A stretch of 63,305 nt of DNA, filler included, from 8 parts of 8 records of this genome joined end to end with filler, not necessarily neighbours in it, one strand, 5' to 3'; positions 50,566 through 61,503 are shown, counted from the whole stretch's first letter. Numbers and translations: made by a program. Notes: generated by a model from the sequence alone, not told the origin.

Positions 50566-51881
50566 TGCCGGTCAGTTGGAAAAAAACACAAAACAAGGTC
50601 GCCTATGTGAATGCGCGCCTGCTTGATCCGGCAACCGGATTGGACACGCCCGGCGCGGTTCTGACAGATGGCGAAACGATCGCCGATTTCGGGCCGAAGC
50701 TGTTCAAAAACGGCGCTCCCGACGGAATTCGCACCGTCGACTGCAAGGGATTGTGCCTGTGCCCGGGATTGGTCGACATCCGGGTTCACGTGCGCGAACC
50801 CGGCCAAGAGCACAAAGGAACCATGGCATCCGCCTGTCACGCCGCCATCGCCGGTGGCGTAACAAGTTTCGTTTGCATGCCGGATACGCAGCCGGTCATC
50901 GACGACATGTCGGTACTGGAATTCGTCGCCCGCCGGGCGCGTCTTCTGGGTCTGGCCAAGGTTTATGCCTACGGCGCCATTACCAAGAACCTGGAAGGCA
51001 AGGAACTGGCGGAAATGGGCCTGTTGGCCGAATCCGGCGCCGTTGCCTTCACGGACGGCGTTCGGTCCGTGGCCGATGCCCAGATCATGCGCCGGGCGCT
51101 TGCCTATTCCAGCACCTTTCCTTTGCTGATCGTCGAGCACGCGGAAGAACCATCGCTCGCCGGATCGGGAGTCATGAATGCCGGCGCAACGGCAACCCGC
51201 ATGGGACTGGCCAGCATTCCCCGGGAAGCTGAAATCATTATGGTGGAGCGCGACATCCGCCTGGCCGAAATGACCGGCGCAAGACTGCATTTCGCCCACA
51301 TCTCGACAGCCGATTCCATCGACGCCATTGGCCGCGCCAAGGAACGCGGGGTTCAGGTCACCTGCGATACGGCGCCACCGTATTTTGCCTTGAACGAGCT
51401 TGAGGTCGTCGATTACCGGACCTTCGCGAAGCTGTCGCCACCGCTGCGAAGCGAATCGGACCGTCAGGCGGTCGTCGAGGGACTGAAAGCGGGTGTTGTC
51501 GACGCCATCGCCTCCGATCACGCGCCACAGGACGAGGACGCGAAACGGCTTCCCTTCGCGCAAGCCGCCTATGGCGGGGTCGGGTTGGAAACCCTGCTGC
51601 CGGTGACGTTGGACCTGGTCAACAACGGACATCTCGATCTTCTGGCCGCATTGCGCCTGGTCACCTCGGCACCGGCCGATTTGATGGGCCTCGGGGCCGG
51701 ACGGCTGGAAAAAGGTGCGGCCGCGGACCTGATTCTTTTCGACCCGGATCGGGTTTGGAAAGTCACCGCGTCGTCCTTGCAAAGCAAATCGAAAAACTCG
51801 CCGTTCGACGAACGCCCGGTACAGGGCCGCGTCATGATGACGGTTATCGACGGCCGCACCGTCTACGAGGACGGGAACTAG
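50562..51881 (+). CDS. pyrC: Dihydroorotase family protein (likely PyrC'-type)
   Basis: PGLVD.RVH.REPG, GGVT, PPLR, SDHAP, SKNSPF; coupled to pyrB. Confidence 0.88.
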   Translation: MMPVSWKKTQNKVAYVNARLLDPATGLDTPGAVLTDGETIADFGPKLFKNGAPDGIRTVDCKGLCLCPGLVDIRVHVREPGQEHKGTMASACHAAIAGGVTSFVCMPDTQPVIDDMSVLEFVARRARLLGLAKVYAYGAITKNLEGKELAEMGLLAESGAVAFTDGVRSVADAQIMRRALAYSSTFPLLIVEHAEEPSLAGSGVMNAGATATRMGLASIPREAEIIMVERDIRLAEMTGARLHFAHISTADSIDAIGRAKERGVQVTCDTAPPYFALNELEVVDYRTFAKLSPPLRSESDRQAVVEGLKAGVVDAIASDHAPQDEDAKRLPFAQAAYGGVGLETLLPVTLDLVNNGHLDLLAALRLVTSAPADLMGLGAGRLEKGAAADLILFDPDRVWKVTASSLQSKSKNSPFDERPVQGRVMMTVIDGRTVYEDGN

Positions 51882-51884
51882 GAC

Positions 51885-52529
51885 ATGGCCGGCGCCGCAA
51901 GCGGCGATCCGATCATTTTCTTGGCCGCCTTCGCCGCCGGGTATTTGCTCGGCGCCATTCCCTTTGGACTGATTCTCGGGCACCTGAGCGGACACGGCGA
52001 TGTCCGCAAAATCGGATCGGGAAACATCGGCGCCACCAACGTGTTGCGGACCGGCAGCAAGGGGCTGGCCGCGGCTACCTTGCTGCTGGATGGCGGCAAA
52101 GGATCGGTTGCCGTGCTGGCGGTCGGATTGATTGGCCCGGAAACCGGATTGGCGGCCGGTCTGGGCGCCGTTGTCGGTCACAATTTCCCGGTCTGGCTGA
52201 AGTTCCGTGGCGGCAAGGGCGTCGCCACCACACTCGGTGTCCTTTTGGCGGCATCGTGGCCGGTCGGATTGATCGCCTGCGTGAGCTGGCTGCTGACGGC
52301 GGTTGTATTTCGTATTTCATCCTTGGCGGCGCTGGTCGCCTTGGCCGTCTCACCGCTTTTCGCCTTTTGGATTGCCGGATCGGGCGTTGCCTATCTGGCC
52401 GGCCTGTTGGCCCTGCTGGCCTTCATACGCCACCGAGCCAACATCGGCCGCCTGATTCGGGGCGAAGAACCGCGCATTGGCAGGAAGAATGACCCACCGA
52501 AGGCATCCGACACCTCGCAACCGGAATAG
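51885..52529 (+). CDS. plsY: Glycerol-3-phosphate acyltransferase PlsY
   Basis: GSGNIGATNVLR, GH.FPVWL.F.GGKGVAT, RHRANI.RL..G.E. Confidence 0.95.
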   Translation: MAGAASGDPIIFLAAFAAGYLLGAIPFGLILGHLSGHGDVRKIGSGNIGATNVLRTGSKGLAAATLLLDGGKGSVAVLAVGLIGPETGLAAGLGAVVGHNFPVWLKFRGGKGVATTLGVLLAASWPVGLIACVSWLLTAVVFRISSLAALVALAVSPLFAFWIAGSGVAYLAGLLALLAFIRHRANIGRLIRGEEPRIGRKNDPPKASDTSQPE

Positions 52530-52531
52530 GC

Positions 52532-52924
52532 CTATTTTTTCGAATAGGGCGAATCACCGACGGATTGGTGATCGGTATCCAGGGCCGTCGGGAATTGCTC
52601 CATAATTTGCCGACGTGCCGTTTCTTCCATTTCATATAGAAGGGCGACCAGGTCCGCTTCCGGCAGGTCCGCACCCAGATTGGTAGCTTGTCGGCGAACG
52701 TGGATCACCAAGTCCGCATCGCTTGGCGCCTCAAGGCCGGCGATGACGACATCCTTGGCAAATTCCTGGGCCTTGCTTTCGTCCAATCCCAATCGCTCCG
52801 CGGCCCAAAGGCCAACCAGCTTGTTACGCCGGGCCCGAATCTTGAACCGGCGTTCCTCGTCCAGCTTGTATTTGGCTTCCTGGCTTTTTTTGCGATCCTC
52901 GAAAGCGCCGTCGTCCTGCTTCAT
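52532..52924 (-). CDS. DUF1476 / ATP synthase zeta inhibitor family protein
   Basis: FEDR.K..EAK...D.E..FK..ARRNKL.GLWAAE; start re-called at 52924. Confidence 0.85.
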   Translation of the reverse strand: MKQDDGAFEDRKKSQEAKYKLDEERRFKIRARRNKLVGLWAAERLGLDESKAQEFAKDVVIAGLEAPSDADLVIHVRRQATNLGADLPEADLVALLYEMEETARRQIMEQFPTALDTDHQSVGDSPYSKK

Positions 52925-53048
52925 CACACCGCGATCTCCTGATCCACCGGACAGCAATTGGAATCTAAGGGACGTCAGGCTGTCCTGCAACACGCGCGCT
53001 GCAATGGCGGTTGCCCCTGTCGGTTCCACCCTGTAGACCTGTTTGAAC

Positions 53049-53819
53049 ATGTGCACTTTGGTGTTTCTTCGAAGACCCGGACATGCCTGGCCCGTTCTTC
53101 TCGGAGCGAACCGCGACGAAATGAAGAACCGGCCCTGGTTGCCGCCGGGCCGCCATTGGTCGGACCGACCGGAAACCGTCGCCGGGCGAGACGAACTTGG
53201 CGGCGGCACCTGGATGGGAATCAACGATTTCGGCGTCATCGCCGCGGTTCTGAACCGGCGCGGCACGTTGGGTCCGAAAGAAGGCATCAGAAGCCGAGGC
53301 GAACTGCCGCTTGAGGTCCTAGACCACGACACCGCCACCAGTGCCGCCACCGCCCTTGCCCACATCGATACACGCAGCTACCGCTCTTTCAACCTGGTCG
53401 TCGCCGATCGGGAGAAGGCTTTTCTTCTTTGTTCGCGCGGCGGGATAGATCAATCGGCCACACCGCCGCCAATCGAGGTGCTGGAAATTCCTTCCGGGAT
53501 TTCCATGATTACGGCATCTGACATAAACGACCCATCGTCCGCCCGTATTCGCGCCTACCTGCCGCGCTTTCGCGCCGCCCCCACACCGGACCCAAGCAAG
53601 GAAGACTGGACGGCTTGGGAACTGTTGTTGGCCAGCCGTCACCATGAAAAAGGCGATGGCCCGGAAGCGGCGATGAACATCGTCCTGGACGGCCGATTCG
53701 GAACCGTTTGCTCGTCGTTGCTGGCATTGCCGGCAGAAATGGATCCCAATCGCAAACCGATATGGAATTTCGCCGCCGGCCCACCGGATGAAGAGCCCTT
53801 CCGACAGGTCGACATTTGA
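53049..53819 (+). CDS. NRDE/TANGO2 family protein
   Basis: MCT start, ANRDE, GRD..GGGTW.G.N, SRG.L, FNL, FGT. Confidence 0.9.
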   Translation: MCTLVFLRRPGHAWPVLLGANRDEMKNRPWLPPGRHWSDRPETVAGRDELGGGTWMGINDFGVIAAVLNRRGTLGPKEGIRSRGELPLEVLDHDTATSAATALAHIDTRSYRSFNLVVADREKAFLLCSRGGIDQSATPPPIEVLEIPSGISMITASDINDPSSARIRAYLPRFRAAPTPDPSKEDWTAWELLLASRHHEKGDGPEAAMNIVLDGRFGTVCSSLLALPAEMDPNRKPIWNFAAGPPDEEPFRQVDI

Positions 53820-53921
53820 ACGAATTTCCATGCCGCGGCGTTGTTTTGAATGCGGGCAACTGCTATATGAGGCGCGACCCCGATACGCCTCGTGCGTTAG
53901 ATTGTTCGAGCACCCCATTTC

Positions 53922-54686
53922 ATGGCAAGACGCAGGCAAATCTACGAGGGCCGTGCCAAGATCCTTTTCGAAGGTCCCGAGGCCGGTACACTCGTTCAGC
54001 ATTTCAAGGATGACGCGACCGCGTTCAATTCGACGAAACGCGGAGTGATCACCGGCAAGGGCGTGTTGAACAACCGTATTTCCGAGCATCTGATGATGCG
54101 CTTGACGGAAATCGGCGTTCCCACCCACTTCGTGCGGCGCCTGAACATGCGTGAACAATTGGTTCGCGAGGTCGAGATCATCCCGGTCGATGTGGTCGTC
54201 CGCAATATAGCCGCCGGCACCTTTTCCGATCGCTTCGGGGTGCCCGAAGGAACGCCGCTGCCGCGGACCATCATCGAATACACATACAAGTCCGATGAAC
54301 TGGACAATCCGCTGGTCAGCGAAGAACACATCACCGCGTTCGAATGGGCGTCGCCCCAGGACATGGACGACATGGTCGCCCTGTCGTTGCGCATCAACGA
54401 CTTCCTGACCGGCCTGTTCCTTGGTGTCGGCATCCGATTGGTCGACCTTCGCCTGGAATACGGACGTCTGTGGGAAGGCGAGCAGATGCGGATCGTCGTT
54501 GCCGACGAAATCAGCCCCGATAGTTGTCGGCTTTGGGATATCAAGACCAACGATCGATTGGATTATGACAGATTTCGCCGTGACCTCGGCAAAGCCGAGG
54601 ACGCATATCAAGAGGTGGCCCGGCGATTGGGCATCCTTCCCGAGGGTGGTCCACGCGACATGAAGGGCCCGCAACTCATGCAATAG
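53922..54686 (+). CDS. purC: SAICAR synthetase
   Basis: [33 protein letters not shown]. Confidence 0.96.
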   Translation: MARRRQIYEGRAKILFEGPEAGTLVQHFKDDATAFNSTKRGVITGKGVLNNRISEHLMMRLTEIGVPTHFVRRLNMREQLVREVEIIPVDVVVRNIAAGTFSDRFGVPEGTPLPRTIIEYTYKSDELDNPLVSEEHITAFEWASPQDMDDMVALSLRINDFLTGLFLGVGIRLVDLRLEYGRLWEGEQMRIVVADEISPDSCRLWDIKTNDRLDYDRFRRDLGKAEDAYQEVARRLGILPEGGPRDMKGPQLMQ

Positions 54687-54699
54687 GGGACAAACGGGC

Positions 54700-54945
54700 G
54701 TGAAAGCGAAAGTCCACGTAACGTTCAAGGACGGGGTCCTCGATCCGCAGGGCAAAGCCGTCAGAGCCGCCCTCGGGTCACTCGGGTTCAAGGGAGTAGA
54801 TAGGGTTCGGCAGGGGAAATTCATCGAGATCGATCTCGATGAAACCGATCCGGAAAAGGCGCGTCAAAACGTTGACGAAATGTGTCGGCAGCTTCTTGCC
54901 AACACGGTCATCGAAAACTACGCCATCGAAATAGAAAGTTCTTGA
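54700..54945 (+). CDS. purS: FGAM synthase subunit PurS
   Basis: K.GVLDPQG.AV, VRQGK, LLANTVIENY. Confidence 0.96.
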   Translation: MKAKVHVTFKDGVLDPQGKAVRAALGSLGFKGVDRVRQGKFIEIDLDETDPEKARQNVDEMCRQLLANTVIENYAIEIESS

Positions 54946-55457
54946 GCAAACCGCCTTTTGACGCTCGCGCAATTGCGAATTTTGTTCTTGATTGCGGCGA
55001 TCGTCACGGAATTACATTCACAAAACTCTCATTGCAGAAAACAATGTTTTTTCTGCACGGTCATTTTTTATCTGTATACGATCAGAAGTTAATTATCCAA
55101 CCGTTTGAGGCATGGAAATATGGTCCTGTGCTAAGTTTAATTTATAGTTGTTTTTCTGACACGCCTGGACACGATATAATTGTGAAAAGAGCTTATAAAT
55201 TCAACTTGAAATCCGGGAAAAATGAAATTGCAGTTCCAAATATTGATGCTCAATATGTTGATTTTTTAGAAAATTTAGTTGGCGTCTATGGAAGAATGGA
55301 CGCCTACACCTTAGTACAAATCACTCACCGGGTTGATAGCCCGTGGACGGCTATCTGGCGTACTCGAACCAATAGCAAACCATCCCCAGGGCTAAGAGTG
55401 AGAGATGAAGACATTAAAAACTTCTTTCTTGAGAAAGGGGACGCAATACCGCACTAG
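54942..55457 (+). CDS. Panacea/SocA (DUF4065) antitoxin
   Basis: DARAIAN, LSLQK..FF.HG, FEAWKYGPV, L...TH...SPW; TTG start overlapping the purS stop (TTGA). Confidence 0.85.
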   Translation: MSKPPFDARAIANFVLDCGDRHGITFTKLSLQKTMFFLHGHFLSVYDQKLIIQPFEAWKYGPVLSLIYSCFSDTPGHDIIVKRAYKFNLKSGKNEIAVPNIDAQYVDFLENLVGVYGRMDAYTLVQITHRVDSPWTAIWRTRTNSKPSPGLRVRDEDIKNFFLEKGDAIPH

Positions 55458-55531
55458 GAAGGAGGCCTCGGCACCCAAAAACGATTCGACTCCTAGCCAT
55501 ATATAGGGGTAAAGTTGCCTTTTCGTTCCAT

Positions 55532-55917
55532 ATGTTGAGAGAAGATATGCCATTACATCTGCCCACCATGTTCACTCTCTGTGGAATTCCACCGGACGAT
55601 GCAGCCCTTGTTGGGAAACGCATTATTGCTTGGAACAACCAAGGAAGTGGGAGCGTATCTCACGATTATGCCCGTTCTAAAGTACCTTACGCTTGGGGAA
55701 ATCCGGATTTTATAAAAGTCATAAATTCGCAGCGTAAGGACGTAAAAGGCATTAATCAGAAGTCCAACCTGGATGTTCTTCAGCAAATCTGCAAAGCACG
55801 GGAAGCTAACGTAGTTAGAGCCTACGAAGGCACTGAAAAAACCTTTTCAATTCGTCCTGGAACGATGCTCAAGGCAGTGGCACACTGCCAATACGTCGAC
55901 AACAAAGATCAAGAGTA
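55532..55917 (+). CDS. Putative toxin partner of the Panacea antitoxin, possibly SocB-like (3' truncated)
   Basis: Directly downstream of the DUF4065 gene with the same AT-rich composition; only weak visual resemblance to SocB. Confidence 0.45.
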
Positions 55918-56017
55918 NNNNNNNNNNNNNNNNNNNNNNNNNNNNNNNNNNNNNNNNNNNNTTAATTAATTAANNNNNNNNNNNNNNNNNNNNNNNNNNN
56001 NNNNNNNNNNNNNNNNN
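55918..56017. other. Artificial contig spacer
   Basis: N44-TTAATTAATTAA-N44. Confidence 0.99.
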
Positions 56018-57871
56018 GGCATGCTGGTGGACAACGCCATCGTGGTGATCGACGGAATGGGGGTTAAGATCAAACAGGGCATGGACAGTAAAGAGGCCGC
56101 CATTACCGTGGTGAAACAGACGGCCATACCCCTTTTAGGAGCCACCGCCATCGCCATCCTCGCCTTTGCCGCCATCGGCACCTCGGATGATTCCACCGGA
56201 GAGTTCTGCAAATCCCTGTACCAGGTCATTCTCTATTCCCTTTCCTTGAGCTGGGTGACAGCGGTGACAATCACCCCGCTGCTGGGGGTGATGTTCCTTA
56301 AGGCGCCGGAAGCGAAAGACACGGGGAATCAAACCGATCCCTTTGATTCAAAATTTTACCGGACCTATAAAAAGGTTCTCACCTTCTGCATCAGGATAAA
56401 ATGGGTGACGGCCCTTGCCGTGGCCGCAATCTTTGTGGTGGCCCTGATGGGATTTGGCAATGTGAGTAAAAGCTTTTTCCCGGAATCCACACGACCCCAG
56501 TTCATGGTGGGCATCTGGCTGCCCCAGGGCACCCATATCGATGAAACCCAAAAACAGGTGGAAAAGATCGAAACCTATCTGCAAAGCCATGACCATGTCA
56601 CCCATGTGACCTCGCTCATCGGAAAAGGGGCATTGCGGTTCATCCTCACCTATACCCCGGAGCTGACCAACTCGGCCTATGCCCAGTTCCTCATCGATGT
56701 GGAGGATTACCGGATGATAACCGGGATGATGCAGGAGATTGAAACCTATCTCATCGATCACTTTCCCGATACCCGGCCCAAGGTGGAAAAATTCGCCATG
56801 GGATCCGGCGGCCCCAAAATCGAATTGAGGATACTGGGGCCGGACACCGACACCCTCCGCCGCCTGTCGGTGGAAGCCATTCATATCATGGCGGATACCA
56901 ACCTTGCCACCTGCATCAGCACAGACTGGGAACAGCGGGTCAAAACCGTAAAGGTAGTGCTGGCGGATGATCAGGCCAACCTCAACGGCATCACCCGACC
57001 CGATGTGGCCAAGGTCTTGAAGCAGGGGTTTGAAACCGGTCAACCGGTGGGGGTCTTCCGGGACAAGGACGAACTTCTGCCCATTCTGATCCGGGCCAGG
57101 GAAGAAGAGCGCATGGATATCCACAGTATCAAGAACCTGCAGATCTGGAGCCCCAAAGCCAACCGGATGATTCCCTTGCGCCAGGTGGTGGCCCGGTTTG
57201 AAACGGCCTATGAGGATGATATTATCTGGCGCAAGAACCGCATGCGGACCATTACGGTCAAGTGTGAACCCCACATCGGGGTGATGACCAGCACCCTCCA
57301 GGCCGCATTGATGGGGCCTGTTTCCAATATGACGCTTCCCCTGGGATATACGGTTGAGTGGGGCGGTGAGCTGGAAAGCTCGGCCGATGCCCAGAAAGCC
57401 CTTTTCGCCCTGGTTCCCATCTTTTTTCTGCTGATGGTGCTGATCGTGATCGCGCTGTTCAATAACCTCAAACAGCCCATGATCATCTGGCTCTGTGTGC
57501 CCCTCTCCCTGATCGGGGTGACCAGCGGCCTGCTTTTGACCGGCCAGCCCTTTGGATTCATGGCCATCCTGGGATTCCTGAGCCTGACCGGCATGCTCAT
57601 CAAAAATGCCATTGTCCTCATTGACGAAATCAATCTCCAGCTCACCCTGGGGGAACCGCCCCTGACCGCCGTGGTGAATTCCGGGGCCAGCCGGTTGATT
57701 CCCGTGGGCATGGCCGCTTCCACCACCGCCCTTGGCATGACCCCCCTGGTCCTTGACGCGTTCTTTGTTTCCATGGCCGTGACCATCATTGCAGGCCTTG
57801 TGTTTGCAAGTATCCTGACCATGATTTTTGTCCCGGTGTTATACACATTGTTTTATAAAATCAAGGCATAA
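56018..57871 (+). CDS. RND efflux permease (AcrB family), 5' truncated
   Basis: GMLVDNAIVV, FFP.S.R.QF, GMLIKNAIVLIDEI, RL.PV.M...TT.LG..PL. Confidence 0.93.
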   Translation, partial: GMLVDNAIVVIDGMGVKIKQGMDSKEAAITVVKQTAIPLLGATAIAILAFAAIGTSDDSTGEFCKSLYQVILYSLSLSWVTAVTITPLLGVMFLKAPEAKDTGNQTDPFDSKFYRTYKKVLTFCIRIKWVTALAVAAIFVVALMGFGNVSKSFFPESTRPQFMVGIWLPQGTHIDETQKQVEKIETYLQSHDHVTHVTSLIGKGALRFILTYTPELTNSAYAQFLIDVEDYRMITGMMQEIETYLIDHFPDTRPKVEKFAMGSGGPKIELRILGPDTDTLRRLSVEAIHIMADTNLATCISTDWEQRVKTVKVVLADDQANLNGITRPDVAKVLKQGFETGQPVGVFRDKDELLPILIRAREEERMDIHSIKNLQIWSPKANRMIPLRQVVARFETAYEDDIIWRKNRMRTITVKCEPHIGVMTSTLQAALMGPVSNMTLPLGYTVEWGGELESSADAQKALFALVPIFFLLMVLIVIALFNNLKQPMIIWLCVPLSLIGVTSGLLLTGQPFGFMAILGFLSLTGMLIKNAIVLIDEINLQLTLGEPPLTAVVNSGASRLIPVGMAASTTALGMTPLVLDAFFVSMAVTIIAGLVFASILTMIFVPVLYTLFYKIKA

Positions 57872-57890
57872 CGTTTGTCGGAGGCTGACA

Positions 57891-60422
57891 GTGAAAAACA
57901 AAAAAACAAGTCATCTGTCCATGGCCATCTTCTGGATACTGTTGTGTACAGGCCTGTACGAGGTCCAGGCAAGACCCTTCAATATCGGTGTGATCGAAGA
58001 CTGCCCGGCACGACTGGTCACCGGGGAATTGCTCCCTGAAATCAAGGCGGAGGTAAAATCCCTGACCCGGTCGGAATTTGATGTGCGGTTTCCCAAAGCG
58101 AAACATATCGTGGCCCGCTGCACCCCGAAAAGCATCCAGGCCGGCATTGACCGACTGATGAAAGATCCGGATGTGGACCTGGTCATGGCCCTGGGGCACC
58201 TGGGCTCCTATTATCTTTGCAAACGGTCCCGCCTGCCCAAACCCGCCATTGCCGGGATTATCCTGAGTACGGACATCCATGGCGTCCCCTTCACAAAAGG
58301 CAGAAGCGGCAGGAAGAATCTTACCTATATCGCATTTTCAACCGACTTCAAAAGAAACCTCAACCTGTTGAAGGAGGTCACCCCCTTTGGGAACGCAGCC
58401 TACCTCTATGACCGGGATCTTACGGACATCCTTCCCCAAAAAAGACTTTCCCCCGGGGAATGGACGGAATTAACAGGCACAAAGATGACATTTATTCCCG
58501 TGGGCGAGGATACGGATGCAGCCCTGGCGAAAATCGACAACCGATTTGACGCGGTTTTCCTGGGCCACCTCCAGCAACGGGGGAACAAAGCCATTGATAA
58601 AATAGTGGCCCGCCTGAAGGATGAAAAACTGCCCGGATTTTCCTTCTATGGAAAGGGCCTGGTTCATAAGGGGCTGCTGGCCGGGTTTGACCAGTCCACG
58701 GCTGAAAAGAAATATACCCGCCGGCTCGGCCTCCTGGTTCAGCGCATTCTCCTGGGGGACGCCCTGGCGGAAATACCAGTGATCTTCTCCAAGGAAACCC
58801 AACTCATCATCAATATGCGGACGGCACGGGAGATCGGTGTGTCTCCCTCCTTTGGCATACTGGCAAAGGCTGAAGTGATCCATCGGGAGGCGGTCATCGC
58901 CCCGGCCGGAGAGCCCCTGTTGCCGCCCTTAGAACCGCCGGCCCCCAAAGCCGTCAAACCCATCCCCATCTCCCCTACGGTTTCCCACGATACCATCCGG
59001 GAAGAGCGGGAGATCTTTCAAAAGACCCATATTTCAGGAGAGCGGCTGACCCTGCTGGATGCGGTTAACCGGACCCTGGAAAAAAACCCGGGACTCCTGG
59101 CCAGAAAGAACGAGGTGGCCGCCGGAGAGATGAATGTGAAAGAAGCCCTGTCTGTATTGTATCCCCAACTGACCACCGATCTCACCGGACGGGTCATTGA
59201 TGAAGACCGGAGTTCGGGTCTCACCGGGGTGGCGGAACGGGCCTGGGATATCACCGCCCAGGTCAGCCAGATCATTTATTCGGACAAGGCGATTACCAAT
59301 TGGAAAACCAGCCGCCACTATCAAAAGGCCCTGGCCCTTTCTGAAAACCAGGCCCAACTTGACGGGGTGCTCGACACCGGCATCGCCTACCTCAACGTGC
59401 TTAAAACCCGGGCCAACGCAAGAATCCAGCTGGAGAACCTGGGGCTGATCCGTAACCACCTGACCCTGGCCAACAACCGGTACAAGGCCGGTTTTTCAGG
59501 GCCGTCGGATGTGTACCGGCTGGAAAGCAAGGCCGCTTCCGCCTATCACGATTACCTGGAAGCCCGGGCAAAGGTGGCGGCCGGCAAAATTCATCTCCAT
59601 CAGCTCCTCTACCTCGAGCTTGAAAAAGAAACGGCCATGACCGACATCGGCCTCAATGACGGCCTCTTTGTGATCAGCACCCCCCAGGCAAGAAAAATGC
59701 TCAATGTGAAAAACCATGAAGATTTCAAGACGTTCAGGGATTTTTTCGTAAAAAAGGGGCTGGAACACTCCCCGGAACTTGCCTCCATGGAAGAGCAGAT
59801 CCTGGCCCAGGAAGCCGTATACGCATATGCAAAACGATCCTATTGGTCGCCGGATGTGAGTCTTTTCGCCAGCGGCGGCAATACCTTTGAGAAATGCGGC
59901 AAAGGAAGCGATTTTGACACATCCGCCCTGCCGCCGGCCCTGGCCACGGTTTTCGAGGACCCCGACGACACCTACTGGACCTTCGGGGTTCAGGTCTCCC
60001 TGCCCCTCTATGAGGGAGGCGCAAAATCCGCCCTGAAGATCCGCGCCCTCAACACCACCCGGCAACTGACCTATGACAAGCAGCAGATCGCTAACCTGAT
60101 ATCGGAAAACATCCGCATGGCCCTGGTGGATATCGGGGCGTCCTTCCCGGCCATTGAACTCACAAGGCTGAGTGCCGAATCCGCACGAAAGAACCTGGAT
60201 CTGGTGGTGGATGCCTATACCAAGGGAGCGGTATCCATCGTGGATCTGCTGGATGCCCAGAACGCCTTCCTGAACTCCAGGATTCTGGCTGAAAATGCGG
60301 TATATGATTTCTTCATGGATTTCCTCATTGCGGAACGGGCGGCCGGCCGCTTTTCCCTGTTGATGGATGCACAGGAAAAAGAAAATTGGCTCATGGAGCT
60401 GAAAAACAAAAACAACGGGTAA
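57891..60422 (+). CDS. TolC-family outer-membrane factor with N-terminal periplasmic-binding-like domain
   Basis: GGAGG RBS before GTG; N-part ends RIL.G.....IPV......L.IN..TA..IG (ABC substrate-binding type); Pro-rich linker; C-part has OEP repeats (LTL..AV...L..NP, Y..G......LLDAQ). Confidence 0.82.
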   Translation: MKNKKTSHLSMAIFWILLCTGLYEVQARPFNIGVIEDCPARLVTGELLPEIKAEVKSLTRSEFDVRFPKAKHIVARCTPKSIQAGIDRLMKDPDVDLVMALGHLGSYYLCKRSRLPKPAIAGIILSTDIHGVPFTKGRSGRKNLTYIAFSTDFKRNLNLLKEVTPFGNAAYLYDRDLTDILPQKRLSPGEWTELTGTKMTFIPVGEDTDAALAKIDNRFDAVFLGHLQQRGNKAIDKIVARLKDEKLPGFSFYGKGLVHKGLLAGFDQSTAEKKYTRRLGLLVQRILLGDALAEIPVIFSKETQLIINMRTAREIGVSPSFGILAKAEVIHREAVIAPAGEPLLPPLEPPAPKAVKPIPISPTVSHDTIREEREIFQKTHISGERLTLLDAVNRTLEKNPGLLARKNEVAAGEMNVKEALSVLYPQLTTDLTGRVIDEDRSSGLTGVAERAWDITAQVSQIIYSDKAITNWKTSRHYQKALALSENQAQLDGVLDTGIAYLNVLKTRANARIQLENLGLIRNHLTLANNRYKAGFSGPSDVYRLESKAASAYHDYLEARAKVAAGKIHLHQLLYLELEKETAMTDIGLNDGLFVISTPQARKMLNVKNHEDFKTFRDFFVKKGLEHSPELASMEEQILAQEAVYAYAKRSYWSPDVSLFASGGNTFEKCGKGSDFDTSALPPALATVFEDPDDTYWTFGVQVSLPLYEGGAKSALKIRALNTTRQLTYDKQQIANLISENIRMALVDIGASFPAIELTRLSAESARKNLDLVVDAYTKGAVSIVDLLDAQNAFLNSRILAENAVYDFFMDFLIAERAAGRFSLLMDAQEKENWLMELKNKNNG

Positions 60423-60580
60423 AAAAAACGCTTTTTTTTGAAACCATTGACAGACTCGATTATTACGAATAAGGATAGACACGATTTGCTGCTGCCCCTG
60501 GAATTCGAGTAAAGGAAAGGGTTATTCGTAAACCCTTCAGGCACGGTGCCATTGGCAAGACAACCCTTTAGGATTTTGAT

Positions 60581-61478
60581 ATGAAAATGATTCCTCATTC
60601 CGCCACCAGAACCTGGTCTTTCTTTCATATCATACTGACAGCCGTTATTTTAATCACAAGCGGTTGCGCCACCCACACTCGAATAACGAACACCGCCCTT
60701 GAGTCCCAAAACCGCAAAATAACGTATCATGACAAGTTTTCGGATACGTCCGGGCTTGGAGATATCTTCCTGGCCCTGTCCTTTTCCGGCGGCGGAACCC
60801 GGGCAGCGGCCTTTTCCTATGGCGTACTGAGCGAATTGCGAGATACGACCATTGATATCGACGGCCGTAAAATAAGATGACTCGGCCAGGGATATCCGAT
60901 TTCAAGCCCTGGCAGACGATATCCTGTCATTCACGAATAAAGACCAACGCAAATATATCCATCTGGTGGATGGCGGTATTTCCGATAACCTGGGAATAAG
61001 AGCCATGGTTTACAGACTGTTGCTCCTGAATGAGGTCAAAAAGAGATCGAATGTAGTCAAGGCGGATTCGCCCAAACTACCGAGGGATATCGTTGTCATC
61101 GTAGTTAATGCAGAGACCAGCAAGACAAAGAAAATGGAACAGAGCCCTGACGCGCCATCGGCGGCCCAGGTGAAGAGTGCGGTGAGTTCCGCCCAGATAT
61201 CCCGGTATAACCTGGAAACCATCTCCCAGGCAAAAGAACTGTTCAACCACGCCGCGGTTCGCATCTCAAGCAAGGGCCCACCGGTCACGGCCCATTTCAT
61301 CGAACTGAAATTCGATGATATTCCGGATCTTGATATTCGCAGGTTTTTCAACAATATGAGCACCAGTTTTTCACTCCCTGATGAACAGGTTGACATGCTC
61401 TATGAATCCGGCCGCCAGCTTCTCAGGCACTCCAGGGAGTTCCAGGATTTTCTACACGGAATGGGCAAACAATATTAA
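60581..61478 (+). pseudogene. Patatin-like phospholipase lipoprotein, internally deleted and frameshifted
   Basis: Lipobox and LSFSGGGTRAAAF in one frame (stop at 60880); YIHLVDGGISDNLG in another frame from ~60876; the GxSxG segment is missing. Confidence 0.75.
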
Positions 61479-61503
61479 CCCAGCAAACATACAAGGAGTT
61501 AAG

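Noticed and set aside
50562-51881. Dihydroorotase with the first metal-binding His replaced (DIRVH)
   Set aside because: Consistent with the known inactive PyrC' structural partner encoded next to pyrB in proteobacteria; not novel.
52925-53365. N-terminal extension of the DUF1476 ORF as called in the track
   Set aside because: It overlaps the divergent NRDE gene, and family similarity begins only at the Met at 52924.
44887-54824. Long antisense or overlapping ORFs (e.g. 44887-45798, 50358-52181, 53319-54824)
   Set aside because: Shadow frames of GC-rich housekeeping genes on the opposite strand; no motifs. The same applies to 14901-15641, 18133-18981, 56348-57274 and 59496-60482.
7185-56017. 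TTAATTAATTAA motif recurring seven times within N-runs
   Set aside because: Artificial six-frame-stop linker joining contigs. Adjacency across spacers has no biological meaning, and ORFs containing X runs are artefacts.
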